From assembly GCF_006345805.1 (NCBI RefSeq), contig NC_042998.1:30690001-30754000 (forward strand): a stretch of 64,000 nt of DNA, written 5' to 3'. How positions within the stretch are numbered: the first letter of the stretch is position 1; each line of letters starts with the position of its first letter. The position numbers and the translations under genes were made by a program. Below the pieces are notes generated by a model, which worked only from the letters and a program-made list of their open reading frames with translations, had not been told where the DNA came from and did no database searches. Below are positions 48,950 to 60,479 of this stretch, one piece after another. The stretch is from Octopus sinensis (lineage: Eukaryota).

Positions 48950-49350
48950 TCACTGTGGATTCAAGCGAGGATTAGACCATTGTCAGTTTCAAAGATAAAG
49001 AATTTGCTACAGGTTCTACTCAGTTTCAATTCAAGATAAAGAGGAGGAATATGAGCTATAATATTGAATGGTCATTCCTGTCCGAGCCCCACCTCCTCGA
49101 GCTATACAATTGAATGGTCAGTCCCGACCGAGCCCCCATCCTCGAGCTATACTTTTGAATGGTCAGTCCTGTCCGAACCACCCACCTCACTTTAATGCTA
49201 ATTTAAACAGATGTAGATTGTGCCTCAGGGAATCGTACTTGATTCTTAAATGTTTTGGTTCAAAACTCCATAATAAATTTTCTGATGTTGTACATTTTTG
49301 CAACCCTAGGCTTTTCTCAACCTTCTCGAGTAAATACAAAAATAGAAATA
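48950..49350 (+). mobile_element. Penelope-like GIY-YIG C-terminal fragment with an internal ~46-bp x3 minisatellite
   Basis: RRNMSYNIEWSFL and NRCRLCLRESYLIL...NK match the Penelope Y.I.W / KRC.LCL.EK pattern. The GAGCTATA...GAATGGTCA unit repeats three times at 49050-49190. Confidence 0.65.
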
Positions 49351-49464
49351 AGGGTAAAATAAAATGAGATGCCTGTACCGGGATCTTGAATTGGTATCAG
49401 GGATCTTATTTGCTATTCATTCACTTTACAATGGTATTATCTACTTCTTATTTGTTTCTTTTTT

Positions 49465-49701
49465 TTTTACTTGTTTCAATCATTTGATTGCTGTTATTCT
49501 GGAGCACCACCTTTAGTCGAACAAATCGACCCTCAGGACTTATTCTTTGTAAGCCTAGTACTTATTCTATCGTGCTCTTTTGTCGAACCACTAAATTACG
49601 GGGACGTAAACGCACCAGCATCGGTTATCAAGCGACGGTGAGCGTTGGGGAATAAACACAGACACAAATACCTATATAAATACACACACACACACATACA
49701 C

Positions 49702-49755
<54 letters not shown>

Positions 49756-49818
49756 AACTTGCGTCTACCAAATCCACTCACAACTGATTTGGTCGACCCT
49801 TACCACACAGCCACGCCT
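49465..49818 (-). mobile_element. SINE B with a deleted head
   Basis: Tail, microsatellite and truncated head. Confidence 0.8.
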
Positions 49819-49858
49819 ACTATTTAACAGAAATCTTTATTATTTTATTTTCTTTCAG

Positions 49859-49963
49859 CCAAATGTTTACCTGTCTGTGAAAATGATGGAATTTGTGTCG
49901 AACCAAACATTTGTTCCTGCAAAGACGGTTATACAGGTGAACGTTGCACAGAAATTATTGAAG
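49859..49963 (+). CDS. Exon 4: EGF-like domain
   Basis: TTTTCTTTCAG| acceptor and G|GTAAAT donor, 105 nt, phase 1-1. Encodes KCLPVCENDGICVEPNICSCKDGYTGERCTEIIE with six Cys in EGF spacing. Confidence 0.92.
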
Positions 49964-50286
49964 GTAAATTTTGTTTGAAACTATTGGCAAATATGATGCC
50001 CAACACTAAATCGATCTTATTCGGATCTATTCATCTGCAATAGTTTAGTCACTTTGACTAAGCTTATCAAACCCATAATATTGAAACCAATTTCGAAGTC
50101 GTGGCCACATTTTACAATAAGATTCTTGAAATCGGGATATAAACCTGATTAGTTTGACCTCGTGTGATTCATTAACATCTCCAGTATTGTACTGTTGGGG
50201 AAGTACCATTTGTAAGTTCAACCGAACCACTGCTTTAATAATTGTTTCAGTTTCTTTGGTATCGAGAGGACTGGTAAATGTCTTAA

Positions 50287-50462
50287 TCATACTGCTATAT
50301 CACGTTGAATGCACCGGTTCTCGTTCGATCACCGAAGTTAAGCAACGTCGAGCCTAGTGAGTACTTAGACGGGTGACCGCTTGCCGTAAGCATCTCACAC
50401 TTTATAGTGGTGCCCCAACATGGCCACAGCCTTAGGGGGTGAAACATATAAAAGAATAAAGG
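50287..50462 (+). mobile_element. 5S rRNA-derived head (50287-50392) joined to a SINE B-type tail
   Basis: CACGTTGAATGCACCGGTTCTCGTTCGATCACCGAAGTTAAGCAACGTCG...GTACTTAGACGGGTGACCGC is recognisable 5S. The tail GTGGTGCCCCAACATGGCCACAG...TGAAACATATAAAAGAATAAA follows. Confidence 0.8.
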
Positions 50463-50744
50463 AAAAAATATCGATCACTACCAATTTGACTTCTATCACC
50501 GATATGATGCAAATAACGCAGAAAGGTTATAACAAAATTTCGTCTGAGAAAGAAAATGAATATATCAGATAAAATACATCGAAGTAAAGGTTTAATATAA
50601 CAATGTACGGAATGGCACTTTGGCTGCCGTACGTTAAAGGGGTGTCAATTATCTTCCACTTAGACATTTGTCTTGTCTTTCTCGCTTCGAAGCTATGGTT
50701 ACTCTATCAAATATTTGCTCACTATTTCGCTCCTCTTACGCAAG

Positions 50745-50749
50745 ATAGG

Positions 50750-50803
<54 letters not shown>

Positions 50804-51069
50804 TACAGAGAGATATAGAGAGACAGACAGATATGGAGATATAGATAGACGGATAGATATAGACATACAGATAGATAGATGTAGACAGACAGACAGACAA
50901 CATATAGATAGATATATAGATAGACAGATTGAAAGATAGATATAGACAGATTGAAAGAAAGAGAAACAGAGAGAAAGAGAGAGAGAGAGAGATTGAAAGA
51001 GAGATAGAGAGAGATGCATTGAAGGAAAGAGAGATAGAGATAGATAGATTGAAAGATAAATAAAGAGAG

Positions 51070-51109
<40 letters not shown>

Positions 51110-51110
51110 G
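50745..51110. repeat. (GATA)n/(GA)n compound microsatellite
   Basis: Directly visible. Confidence 0.9.
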
Positions 51111-54100
51111 CGAAGGTAAGTTTATTCAAAGCAGTAGTTTTGTATTTCTCTATAATAGTATCTTCTCATCTTATATAAATTTGTATTAAAAATAGAAAAA
51201 CATTTTACTTAATTATTTCAGCAGGTATTTTCCAAACTGGCCTCTGGTGCACTAATAAAATCCTGATATAGCTTGACGTGACGGACGTACAATGTTAAAA
51301 ATATAGAAAAAGAAAACGACATTTAAAATACATTTATCGGTTTTAATTTTGGCACAATTTTGTATGGGTGGGGTAAGTCGATTACATCGACCCCAATACT
51401 TATTTTGTGGAACCCGTACCCGGCATGCGAACGATTCTACAAGTCTGCCACCTTCGCTTTTGCAATGTATTTATTATTAATCATTTTACATAAAATCACT
51501 CTGAGGTTAATTCTTTCTTTCCTTATAAAGACAGCTCAAACATTAAGCTGTCTTTATAATATCAATTTAATGTTAATACATAAAATCTGAAGATTACGTT
51601 AATGAAAATAAACAATTATTCTTAGGGATTTTAAAAGAAAATTTGTGAAGATCCACAATTCTGCGAAATTTTTAAAATCAAAAAGATCTTTAAATCAAAA
51701 AAATGTTTTTAATCATAAGTGACTTCCCTTCAGAGAATTTTTTTTTTTTTTCTTAAAGCTAGTGTTTCTGCTACATAGATTTACAAGTCTAATTTAGAGT
51801 TAAATGAAGAATAAATGTTGAAATGTTTCAAATTATGTACAGATGAAAACATAAATGACACTTGAAAAAGAAAAACGTTTAAAGATTAGAAAATATTTCA
51901 TTTGCACGAAATAACAGTTTGAAGAGATGAGATTTCTTGTAAAACACCAATTGGAATTATTTTTGAATTTGAAAGGCACTGAGCTGGCAGAAAAGTGATA
52001 AGAAATGCGTTGCTGAGTTTGTTTCGCGCCTTTACGTTCTGAGATCAGATCTCACTGGCGTTAGATTAGCCTTTCATTCCTTCGAAGTCAATAAAATAAA
52101 ATAGCGGTCAAGTCCTGGAGGTCTATGGCATCGACTGTGGCTGTGTGTTTAAATCTGAAACGATTTTTTTCCATGTTGAATCAGGAAAAATAAAATATCG
52201 AACACAGCGACTCAATACTTACACAGCGAAGTTTGAAACCCCCTTTTTTTGCAATGTGTGTGTGTGTGTAAAAGTAAAGCAGCAAAAAAAATGACAACGT
52301 AGAAATGGTTTGTTTCAAGGAAAAAAATTTGTCGTGTTCGACAGAACTTAAATGTGTTCTGTATTAGAGAAAGAGAAAGACCACGAGACCATATTATGCA
52401 ATACATAAGATGATCTCTTCCCTTTCATTTCAGATGGATCTGTTGAGAGTTAAACATTAGGAGTATTTTATTGTTGCAAAAAAATGTTCTACAAGCTTAT
52501 CTCTGAATTTTCGGCTCTAAACAAACAAGGTGTCTTTCGTTCACTGCCATTGAATGTGATTGGCTGCCATATAAGTCGGTAGGCATGCTGGTCAAGTACG
52601 TGGCAGATCTATCACTGGTTGTGATTACGCGAAATTGTAATACTGACAAAAGGTGCGTCCAATTTGAGACAGCGATGTTATGAGATCGAATGCAGAAAGC
52701 GATGTTACAGAGACAACCTTACGATACGTTTATTGTAACAAAAATTAACAAAGCCAAGGAAACAGTTGTATGTCTATTATTTTGCAAGAAGCAGTATAGA
52801 GTGTGTAGTAAATACACCATTGTGCCTTGAAGGAAAATGCAGTGGCCATGTCGATCTAGCGATGTAGTGGCGAATAGCTGTTATGGTTAAAGGAAGTGAG
52901 ATAACTGCAAGTGACCAAAGCGCGACTTGAAGCAGTAAAGATTACTGATATCAGAAAGCGTTGTCTAAATACATTTTGAGACACCTGGAGAATTTGATGG
53001 TGTTACCAGTTCCGTTCAGGTTAACTGTCTAGTGATTTCCAACTCAAAGGCTGCAAAACTTTATGGCCAATATAACACGTCCAAAACAAGAGAAGCAGTG
53101 CAATGCAAAATAACGCTAAGTGCAGCACGCAACAGAAACGATGCCAAGGTTTTTAATTTAAAGGTTGATTAAGAGCTTGAAACGAGTGCTAGGTGAACAG
53201 GTATAAGAGTGTGTATATGATAAATAGATGTATGCATTTATATTGATATGTTGCCTAAATTAACAGTAAGTGGAGCAAACAATTGCATCTATGCAAAAAC
53301 CATTAACAAAAAAGCCAATAAATGGTGCAAAATTGATACAAAAATAACTGAGACGAGACTAGAATCAAAATTCTAGTTAGGAAACAAGGGCAGAGTAAGT
53401 TATAGCAAAATATGTATTGTAATTTGCGAGGTTTTACAAGTCGTATTATTTGCTTGACATGAATTATAATGCTAGGCGAAAAATCTTCTTGGAAGGAATT
53501 ATCGGAAAAGTCAATAGTTGTCTCTTCTATGCTGGAGATGTGTGCGGTAAAGACATTAAAAAATTGAACATGGTAGAGCGAACAAAAGTAAAAGGAACGA
53601 AACCAAAACAGGCAATGTAACCAAATGAAAATTATGTGAAAATTTAATGCTTGACATAAATAAAGAAGGGAGTTAAGCATTAAAAAGTTGCTGGAAACAA
53701 CATTTCGGTGCTCTGTTCTTTGCTACTATTTACGAGTGTTTTTCACAATAAAATATTTTTATTACAAAGTATTTGCAAGTAAGAGATTTGCAGGAATTTT
53801 ATGTAGGTTTTTTGGAGGAGTTTATGTTTTCCGTTCTTCTTTCTTTCCTCTTATTCTGACCTTTCTTTTTTAATATTGCTTGGAGGTGTCAAGTTTTACT
53901 GGTGTATGTCATAAAGCTGATACTGTTTATGTGTAGAGATGTAAGGTGTTTATGGAGCAGTGTTTCGAAAAAGGAATCAATAATTTCAAGACGTAAATTA
54001 AAAACGTTTCATGTAAAGGTGCTCAAAGGGGGAACAAAAACAAGCCAAGAAATTCCTCATAAAATATCAATGTATATTTTTCGGTCTTGCATTAGTTACA

Positions 54101-54332
54101 TAGTGAAGTCTGAAAATATTTTCAAAGGTTTGTATAAGATTATGTATGTATGTGCATTTTTGTGTGTATGTTTACGCATGCGTGTGTCTTGTGTTACAGG
54201 CAATTAGCTTAGATGATGGCAACGTAGAAATACCTTTATGTCTTGGTAATTGAGATCAATCATGCGTAAGATGATAGACATTTATGCATGGACGGCCAGA
54301 GTAACACAGTTTCGCAGCAACTGAAATTATTC

Positions 54333-54811
54333 AATTTCTTTATTACCCACAAGGGGCGAAATACAGAGGAGGGGACAATACGGCCTGATTGGGGTCAGAC
54401 ACACAATGATTATATGACTTTTAAAATTTTACAAAATATAATGAAATCGAATGAAATCGAATGAAATCGAATGAGATACAACAAGGACAAAATACAAACG
54501 TGAAATGAAGCAGAGAGATGGGTTACGCTCCGACCCCACGATCCCCATTCTCCTACTGGAACCTTTGTATGCAGACTTATGACATGTTCACGAGGAATCT
54601 TTCATTCCCAGCCCCCTCGCAACATGCAACCATCTTTCTTCGAACATTTTCTCTGACAGGCATCTTCTCTCCAGCCTCACCTTCCTTTTAAGGTGGAAGA
54701 TAAAATATCTCACCAACCCGAGACCGGAGATGAAGTTGCCTGTCGCCAAACCTTTCATTCGCGACTTCCATACCACCTCTTTCGCAATTGCTACTACTGC
54801 GAGAAAACCTT
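54333..54811 (-). mobile_element. 5'-truncated Tx1/L1-clade LINE with TSD
   Basis: AIAKEVVWKSRMKGLATGNFISGLGLVRYFIFHLKRKVRL is homologous to 4460-4580. The 3' end is TCGCCCCTTGTGGGTAATAAAGAAATT. 17-bp TSD at 54316-54332 and 54812-54828 (2 mismatches). Confidence 0.88.
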
Positions 54812-55134
54812 AGCAACTACAATTATTCTTTAAATGTTAAACATTCGAAACTTTTACAGCCAGAGACAAAATTTCTAAAAGCTTTTCTTTGAATTTTGGT
54901 GCTGAAACTCAGAAAGTTCCTCTTGATTTCTGCCGAATGTGATTGCCTGCACAATAAGTTGGCAGGATATGTAGGTTTCCATCGATACCTCTTCAGGGAC
55001 TAGGAAAAATAAAATAGTAATATTGACGAAACCTGAATTCAATTCGAGATGTGACTGCCGTGAGATCTAATCCAGAAATCGATCTGTTGCAATTGCTTAG
55101 AGCATGATTATCCTGGTTCCGTCCTCACAATCTA

Positions 55135-55354
55135 CAGTAATCCCTCGCCATTTCTCGGTTCACCTATCGCGGATTATTAAAGCTTACGTCGATTCCTCTG
55201 TGGTACTGTTTTGCACTTATAATAAAATAAATATATACAAATTATAAAAAGTCATTTTAAAATATATACAGTACAGTACTGTTTCTACTTCGCGGATTTT
55301 CACATCTCGCGGGATGTTTTGGAACGTGGCACCGCAATAGTCGAGGGATTAGTG
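55135..55354. mobile_element. pogo/Tigger-like MITE (220 bp)
   Basis: TA|CAGTAATCCCTCG ... CGAGGGATTAGTG|TA. Confidence 0.85.
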
Positions 55355-55769
55355 TATTTGTATTTTATTTAACAACATGCTTCATTTAATCGAATATCAG
55401 TTACTTAAAAAGTAAGCATTCCAACTAGATGTCTTTTACAAAGCACCGAACATCAAAACCTCTTATAATTTCGATATAAATATTTCTATCCGATACGCTA
55501 CTCAGCCGATATAGAAAGATGTAAATAATGTTATTAGAGCAATGAAAATATTTTAATTGTGTTACTGTATTTACTGGAATACATTTATCATTATGTCCGC
55601 CAAAAACAAATTAGCACTTTGCTGAAAATGATTTCTATGTTAAAAATATCTTTCATGATTGTCGCTTCATATTTAAGAAATATGCTTAGTTTAATTTGAC
55701 ATGAAGAAACCAGTTAACTATCTTCTTGAACAAAGTGTGATTACGAACACTACCTTATTTCTATTTCAG

Positions 55770-55934
55770 AGGTAAATGACGCATTTCAGTACTGTTATGA
55801 GTCGTCAGTGTGCGAAGGTCCAAAAGTATTTTGGTCGAATGATCAGCGACTTTCACTTGGAGATTGTTGTGGACAGCGAAGCAATGGATCGTGGGGTGGA
55901 GACATTGAAACCTGCATCGCTTGCAATTTTCAAA
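55770..55934 (+). CDS. Exon 5: Cys-rich TB (8-Cys)/hybrid-like module
   Basis: TTCTATTTCAG| acceptor and A|GTTAGT donor, 165 nt, phase 1-1. Encodes (E)VNDAFQYCYESSVCEGPKVFWSNDQRLSLGDCCGQRSNGSWGGDIETCIACNFQ (C..C..CC..G.WG..C..C). Confidence 0.85.
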
Positions 55935-56431
55935 GTTAGTATTTTTTTCCTAATTCTGTTGGTTCGAATCCCACCAAGGTAAACTTTGCCTTTCAACCTT
56001 TTTAGGGGGTGGCTCATAAAATAAGTTTCCAACCGCGTACTGACCATGGTAATTTCATCTAATCACCATTAATTTTCGCCCATCATCTGTGAACTTGTGT
56101 CAAAATGAGACTTCTAGTATTCCCCTCTTAGTGAGTGATGATTAAAACGTTTCGGCTGATGTACTCTCAGGGCTTCTTTATGTTGCTCTCATACTCCTAA
56201 ATTCCAGGAATTTCGTACACAAGCCCTTTATTAAATGATTGTTCTTACTTCGTTGTCCATATCAAGAATATTTTCGTATTAATTACTTTCCTACATTCCG
56301 TAATATTTGCTTATTCTGCTAGAATCAGATCACATATAGATTAACTGAGCTATAGATTGAATTCCTGGTTACCAGGTAAACTACATCACTTAAAAATGCT
56401 TATATTTACTGCCCCAGTGTGTAGAATAATG

Positions 56432-56466
<35 letters not shown>

Positions 56467-56984
56467 TATTTGTAAAATATGAAGTGTTCAAGTTTAATTA
56501 CTGAGTATAAGGTTTGATTAAGTGTTAGCAACAGAGGTAGAGACAATCGCCCCAATATATCAGGTGATAATAATCGTTCGTATATTTTTACAGTTCACGC
56601 TGAGTTGATAGAATGAATTCTGTTACCCATTCCCGCTTAGTTTTTTCTCCGTAGTTATATAAACAACAATAAATCTAAACAATGTGTAAGAAAAAACTTT
56701 TTAAAAAAAAAATTAATTTGACGTCCAATTATTTTAATTTCCGAGAGTTTATGAATTTCAGTCTTTTTAAGATTTCATTTCTAAATTTATTCTTTGATTT
56801 GTTCGAACTGTCATTTTATCAATTTTATTTAATTGTTATTTCTATTAGACCTAAATATATGCTTTATAACCAACTTTGTCATAGATATTTTTGTGAGTGC
56901 AACATATTTTTCTGTTAAATTCTATTCTATCTAAAATTGTTTGACTTTCTTAAATTTCAGTAACAAACATAAAAAGAATATTTT

Positions 56985-57568
56985 TTTCTACTCTAAGCAC
57001 AAGGCCCGAAATTTTGGGCAAGGGCGCAAGTCGATTAGATAAAGCCCAGTACGCAATTGGTACTAATTTATCGACTCCGAAAGGATGAAAGGCGAAGTCG
57101 ACCTCGGCGAAATTTGAAGTCAGAACGTAACGCAGACGAAATACCTATTTCTATTTCTTTACTACCCACAAGGGGCTAAACACAGAGAGGACAAACAAGG
57201 ACAGACAAACAGATTAAGTCGATTATATCGACCCCAGTATGTAACTGGTACTTATTTAATCGACCCCGAAAGGATGAAAAGCAAAGTCGACCTCAGCGGA
57301 ATTTGAACTCAGAACGTAGCGGCAGACGAAATACCTATTTCTTTACTACCCACAAGGGGCTAAACACAGAGAGGACAAACAAGGACAGGCAAACGGATTA
57401 AGTCGATTATATCGACCCCAGTGCGTAACTGGTAGTTATTTAATCGACCCCGAAAGGATGAAAGGCAAAGTCGACCTCGGCGGAATTTGAACTCAGAACG
57501 TAACGACAGACGAAATACGGCTACGCATTTCGCCCGGCGAGCTAACGTTTCTGCCAATTCGCTGCCTT
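56985..57568 (-). repeat. SINE A trimer whose terminal unit carries the A2 tail
   Basis: Landmarks at 57138, 57328 and 57512. The two inner units have the Tx1-type tail, and the terminal unit ends AATTTCGGGCCTTGTGCTTAGAGTAG. Confidence 0.88.
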
Positions 57569-57620
57569 GACATAAAAAGAATATTGAACCGAAAATGTCA
57601 ATTAATGGTTGAGATGAATA

Positions 57621-57842
57621 GTGAGCTGGCAGAAACGTTAGCAAGCCGGGCGAAATGTGTTGCCGTATTTCGTCTGTCGTTACGTTCGAAGTTCAAATTC
57701 GGCCGAGGTCGACTTTGCCTTTTATCCTTTCGGGGTCGATAAATTAAGTACCAGTTACGCAGTGGGGTCGATGTAATCGACTTAATCCCTTTGTCTGTTT
57801 TTGTTTGTCCCCTCTGTGTTTAGCCCTTTGTGGGTAGTAAAG

Positions 57843-57846
<4 letters not shown>
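57621..57846 (+). mobile_element. SINE A monomer, head-to-head with the trimer
   Basis: Head GAGCTGGCAGAAACGTTAGC at ~57624. The tail ends AAAGAAA(TA)n. Confidence 0.88.
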
Positions 57847-57907
<61 letters not shown>

Positions 57908-58121
57908 GTGGGGACGAATTGCATTCAGTCACCATTCTGTCTCCTCTTTATATAATATTCGTTCAATCGAATAATATTTAGTCTCTAAAAACGCATGGTA
58001 ATCATATAACAATGTGATAAGAGGTTATAACAAAATAGATTTGCTCGTATTGTTAATTATAGGGATATTTCCGTTCATATCCATTCTGGCATTAATAAAG
58101 TGACTTTACATATACTTTTAG

Positions 58122-58318
58122 ATTTTCAAACACTTAATAGGACTCTACAGATTGATCCAAGTTGTCGATTGACAGGAACACAATTTATGAAGACGTTTGA
58201 TGGTAATTTTTTCCCCTTACAATCTGATGTCTGCACCTACAACTTGCTAGAATATGGCAAAGAATGGATAATAACTCTCGCAATGACAAACTGTCGATCA
58301 AAATTTTCATGCCGAAAA
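58122..58318 (+). CDS. Exon 6: VWD domain N-terminus
   Basis: Acceptor TACTTTTAG| (phase 1) and donor AAA|GTAAGA (phase 0). Encodes ...IDPSCRLTGTQFMKTFDGNFFPLQSDVCTYNLLEYGKEWIITLAMTNCRSKFSCRK, matching the VWD C..G....TFDG.....C.Y.L motif. Confidence 0.9.
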
Positions 58319-58849
58319 GTAAGATATTTTTGTTGTTCATGTATTCTTTTTGATGATAAAATCTCAATTAATATCCAGTCTTTTGCGTAGTGTTCGGTCT
58401 TTGCATATTTATGCTATCCCTGGGAGCACGTATGTATGCCTCATGTCTTTAAGGTATATTTCTCCATATCTCTCACACGACCAAAAATCTTAGCAATGTA
58501 GCTATATCTTAACTACATAGCTGCACTGCAAAAATACCAGCAAATATTACCGTATATAATAAATGGTGGGGGAAAAAGTCACCGACCTCCGCTAACTGGT
58601 AAAATTGTAATATTTACAAAAATATATACCACAGATAAAGTCAAATAAAAAAACACCTTCGGGCATCATACAGCCACCTCGTCAACAACAGCCTCCTCGG
58701 GGTCATTTGTTGAAAGGATCTCAGCTAACATTGCCTGTTTCTTACTCATCATTTGTCAACTATGATGACCCCTCCCCACAACAGTTCTTCAGAGGAAACT
58801 GTTTAAGGCTCAATCAGTATCGGTAACATGGTTTTAGGATTCTCTTTCG

Positions 58850-59225
58850 CTCTTTTACTCTTTTACTTGTTTCAGTCATTTGACTGTGGCCATGCTGGAG
58901 CACTGCCTTTAGTCGAGCAAATCGACCCCAGGACTTATTCTTTGTAAGACTAGAACTTATTCTATCGGTCTCTTTTGCCGAACTGCTAAGTTACGGGGAC
59001 GTAAACACACCAGCATCTCGGTTGTCAAGCGATGTTTGGGGGACAAACACAGACATACAAACATATATACACACGTACATATATATATATATATATATAT
59101 ATTATTGGTGAATTGAAGAAATGGAGCTAAACGAAGATTGAACAGAAAATTTTTGCTACCAAGGTATCGGTTAAACTTTTGATTAATCTGCTACAAGATT
59201 ATTCATCTTTCTATTTCACATAAAT

Positions 59226-59256
<31 letters not shown>

Positions 59257-59627
59257 TATTATTGGTGAATTGAAGAAATGGAGCTAAACGAAGATTGAAC
59301 AGAAAATTTTTGCTACCAAGGTATCGGTTAAACTTTTGATTAATCTGCTACAAGATTATTCATCTTTCTATTTCACATAAATTATATATATATATATATA
59401 TTATATATATATATATATATACATATGTATATATATATATATACGACAGGCTTCTTTCAGTTTCCGTCTACCAAATCCACTCACAAGGCTTTGGTTGGCC
59501 CAAGGCTATTGTAGAAGACACTTGCCCAAGGTGCCATGCAGTGGGACTAAACCCGGAACCATATGGTTGGTAAGCAAGCTATTTACCACACAGCCACTCC
59601 TCCGCCTTTGTTTTACCTATATTTATT
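58850..59627 (-). mobile_element. SINE B carrying a duplicated ~130-bp insert in its microsatellite
   Basis: Tail at 58850-59070 and head at 59445-59627. Identical blocks start at 59104 and 59261. Confidence 0.8.
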
Positions 59628-59680
59628 TTATTCACGTCTTTAAAATGCTCTGACTTTTTTTATCTTTCGTTTCTTTAAAG

Positions 59681-59783
59681 ACTTTGACAATAAAGTTTGA
59701 AAATAAAATCTTGAATGCGGAAGGTTTCTCTGTCAGCCTCAATGGTTATGCCATGGATTTTTTAAAAGGAGAAGTCAAAGATG
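59681..59783 (+). CDS. Exon 7: VWD domain middle
   Basis: TTTCTTTAAAG| acceptor and G|GTTTGT donor, 103 nt, phase 0-1, exactly bridging exons 6 and 8. Encodes TLTIKFENKILNAEGFSVSLNGYAMDFLKGEVKD. Confidence 0.82.
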
Positions 59784-60303
59784 GTTTGTCATCACTTTTT
59801 TTAATCCCTTTTTACATTTTCATTTATGAAATTGTCTACGTTGCACAGAGTAGTAAAATGTGATGGAAATAAAGATAAAACATTAGACATTCAATGAATA
59901 TATGTAACTAGTATTAAAAATTTCCCAAAGTTTGTATCACTATATCAAAGAACATCACTTTAAAATCGTTTAAAAGAATGATAAAGCTTTAAAATATATC
60001 TGATCTTTCAAAGAACTTTCTAAATTAAGTTGCTAAATTCTCGATAGCTAATGATCTGATAAATCTGAAATTTTTGCATAAATAATCGCTAAGTTGAAAC
60101 CAAAATTATTGACCTTACATTCCACATTTCTTACTCTTGCACTATATTTCCAATAGACCTTTCTTCTATCGCCTTCAAATATGATATTTCTGCAAATAAA
60201 CGTATTCTTAGACTAAGTTACAACGCATTATTGAACCATGATCCCAGCAAGTTTATCCATATACCCACAGACTCCGAACTAGAATAAATCACATTACAAC
60301 ACA

Positions 60304-60343
<40 letters not shown>

Positions 60344-60479
60344 GCACACATACACACACTCACACACATAAAAGTATGTATGTATACATATATATATATA
60401 TATAATATATATATATAAATTAAAGAAGGAAAATGCGCACACTTTAGGTAGTTTTAATATAATTTTTAACATATCTTGC

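Noticed and set aside
50287-50392. Functional 5S rRNA gene
   Set aside because: It has a diverged 5' end, a ~12-nt deletion near the 3' end, no oligo-T terminator and a retroposon tail.
52540-53200. GC-balanced block that might be a decayed DNA transposase
   Set aside because: I could read no recognisable motif or termini, so it is left unannotated.
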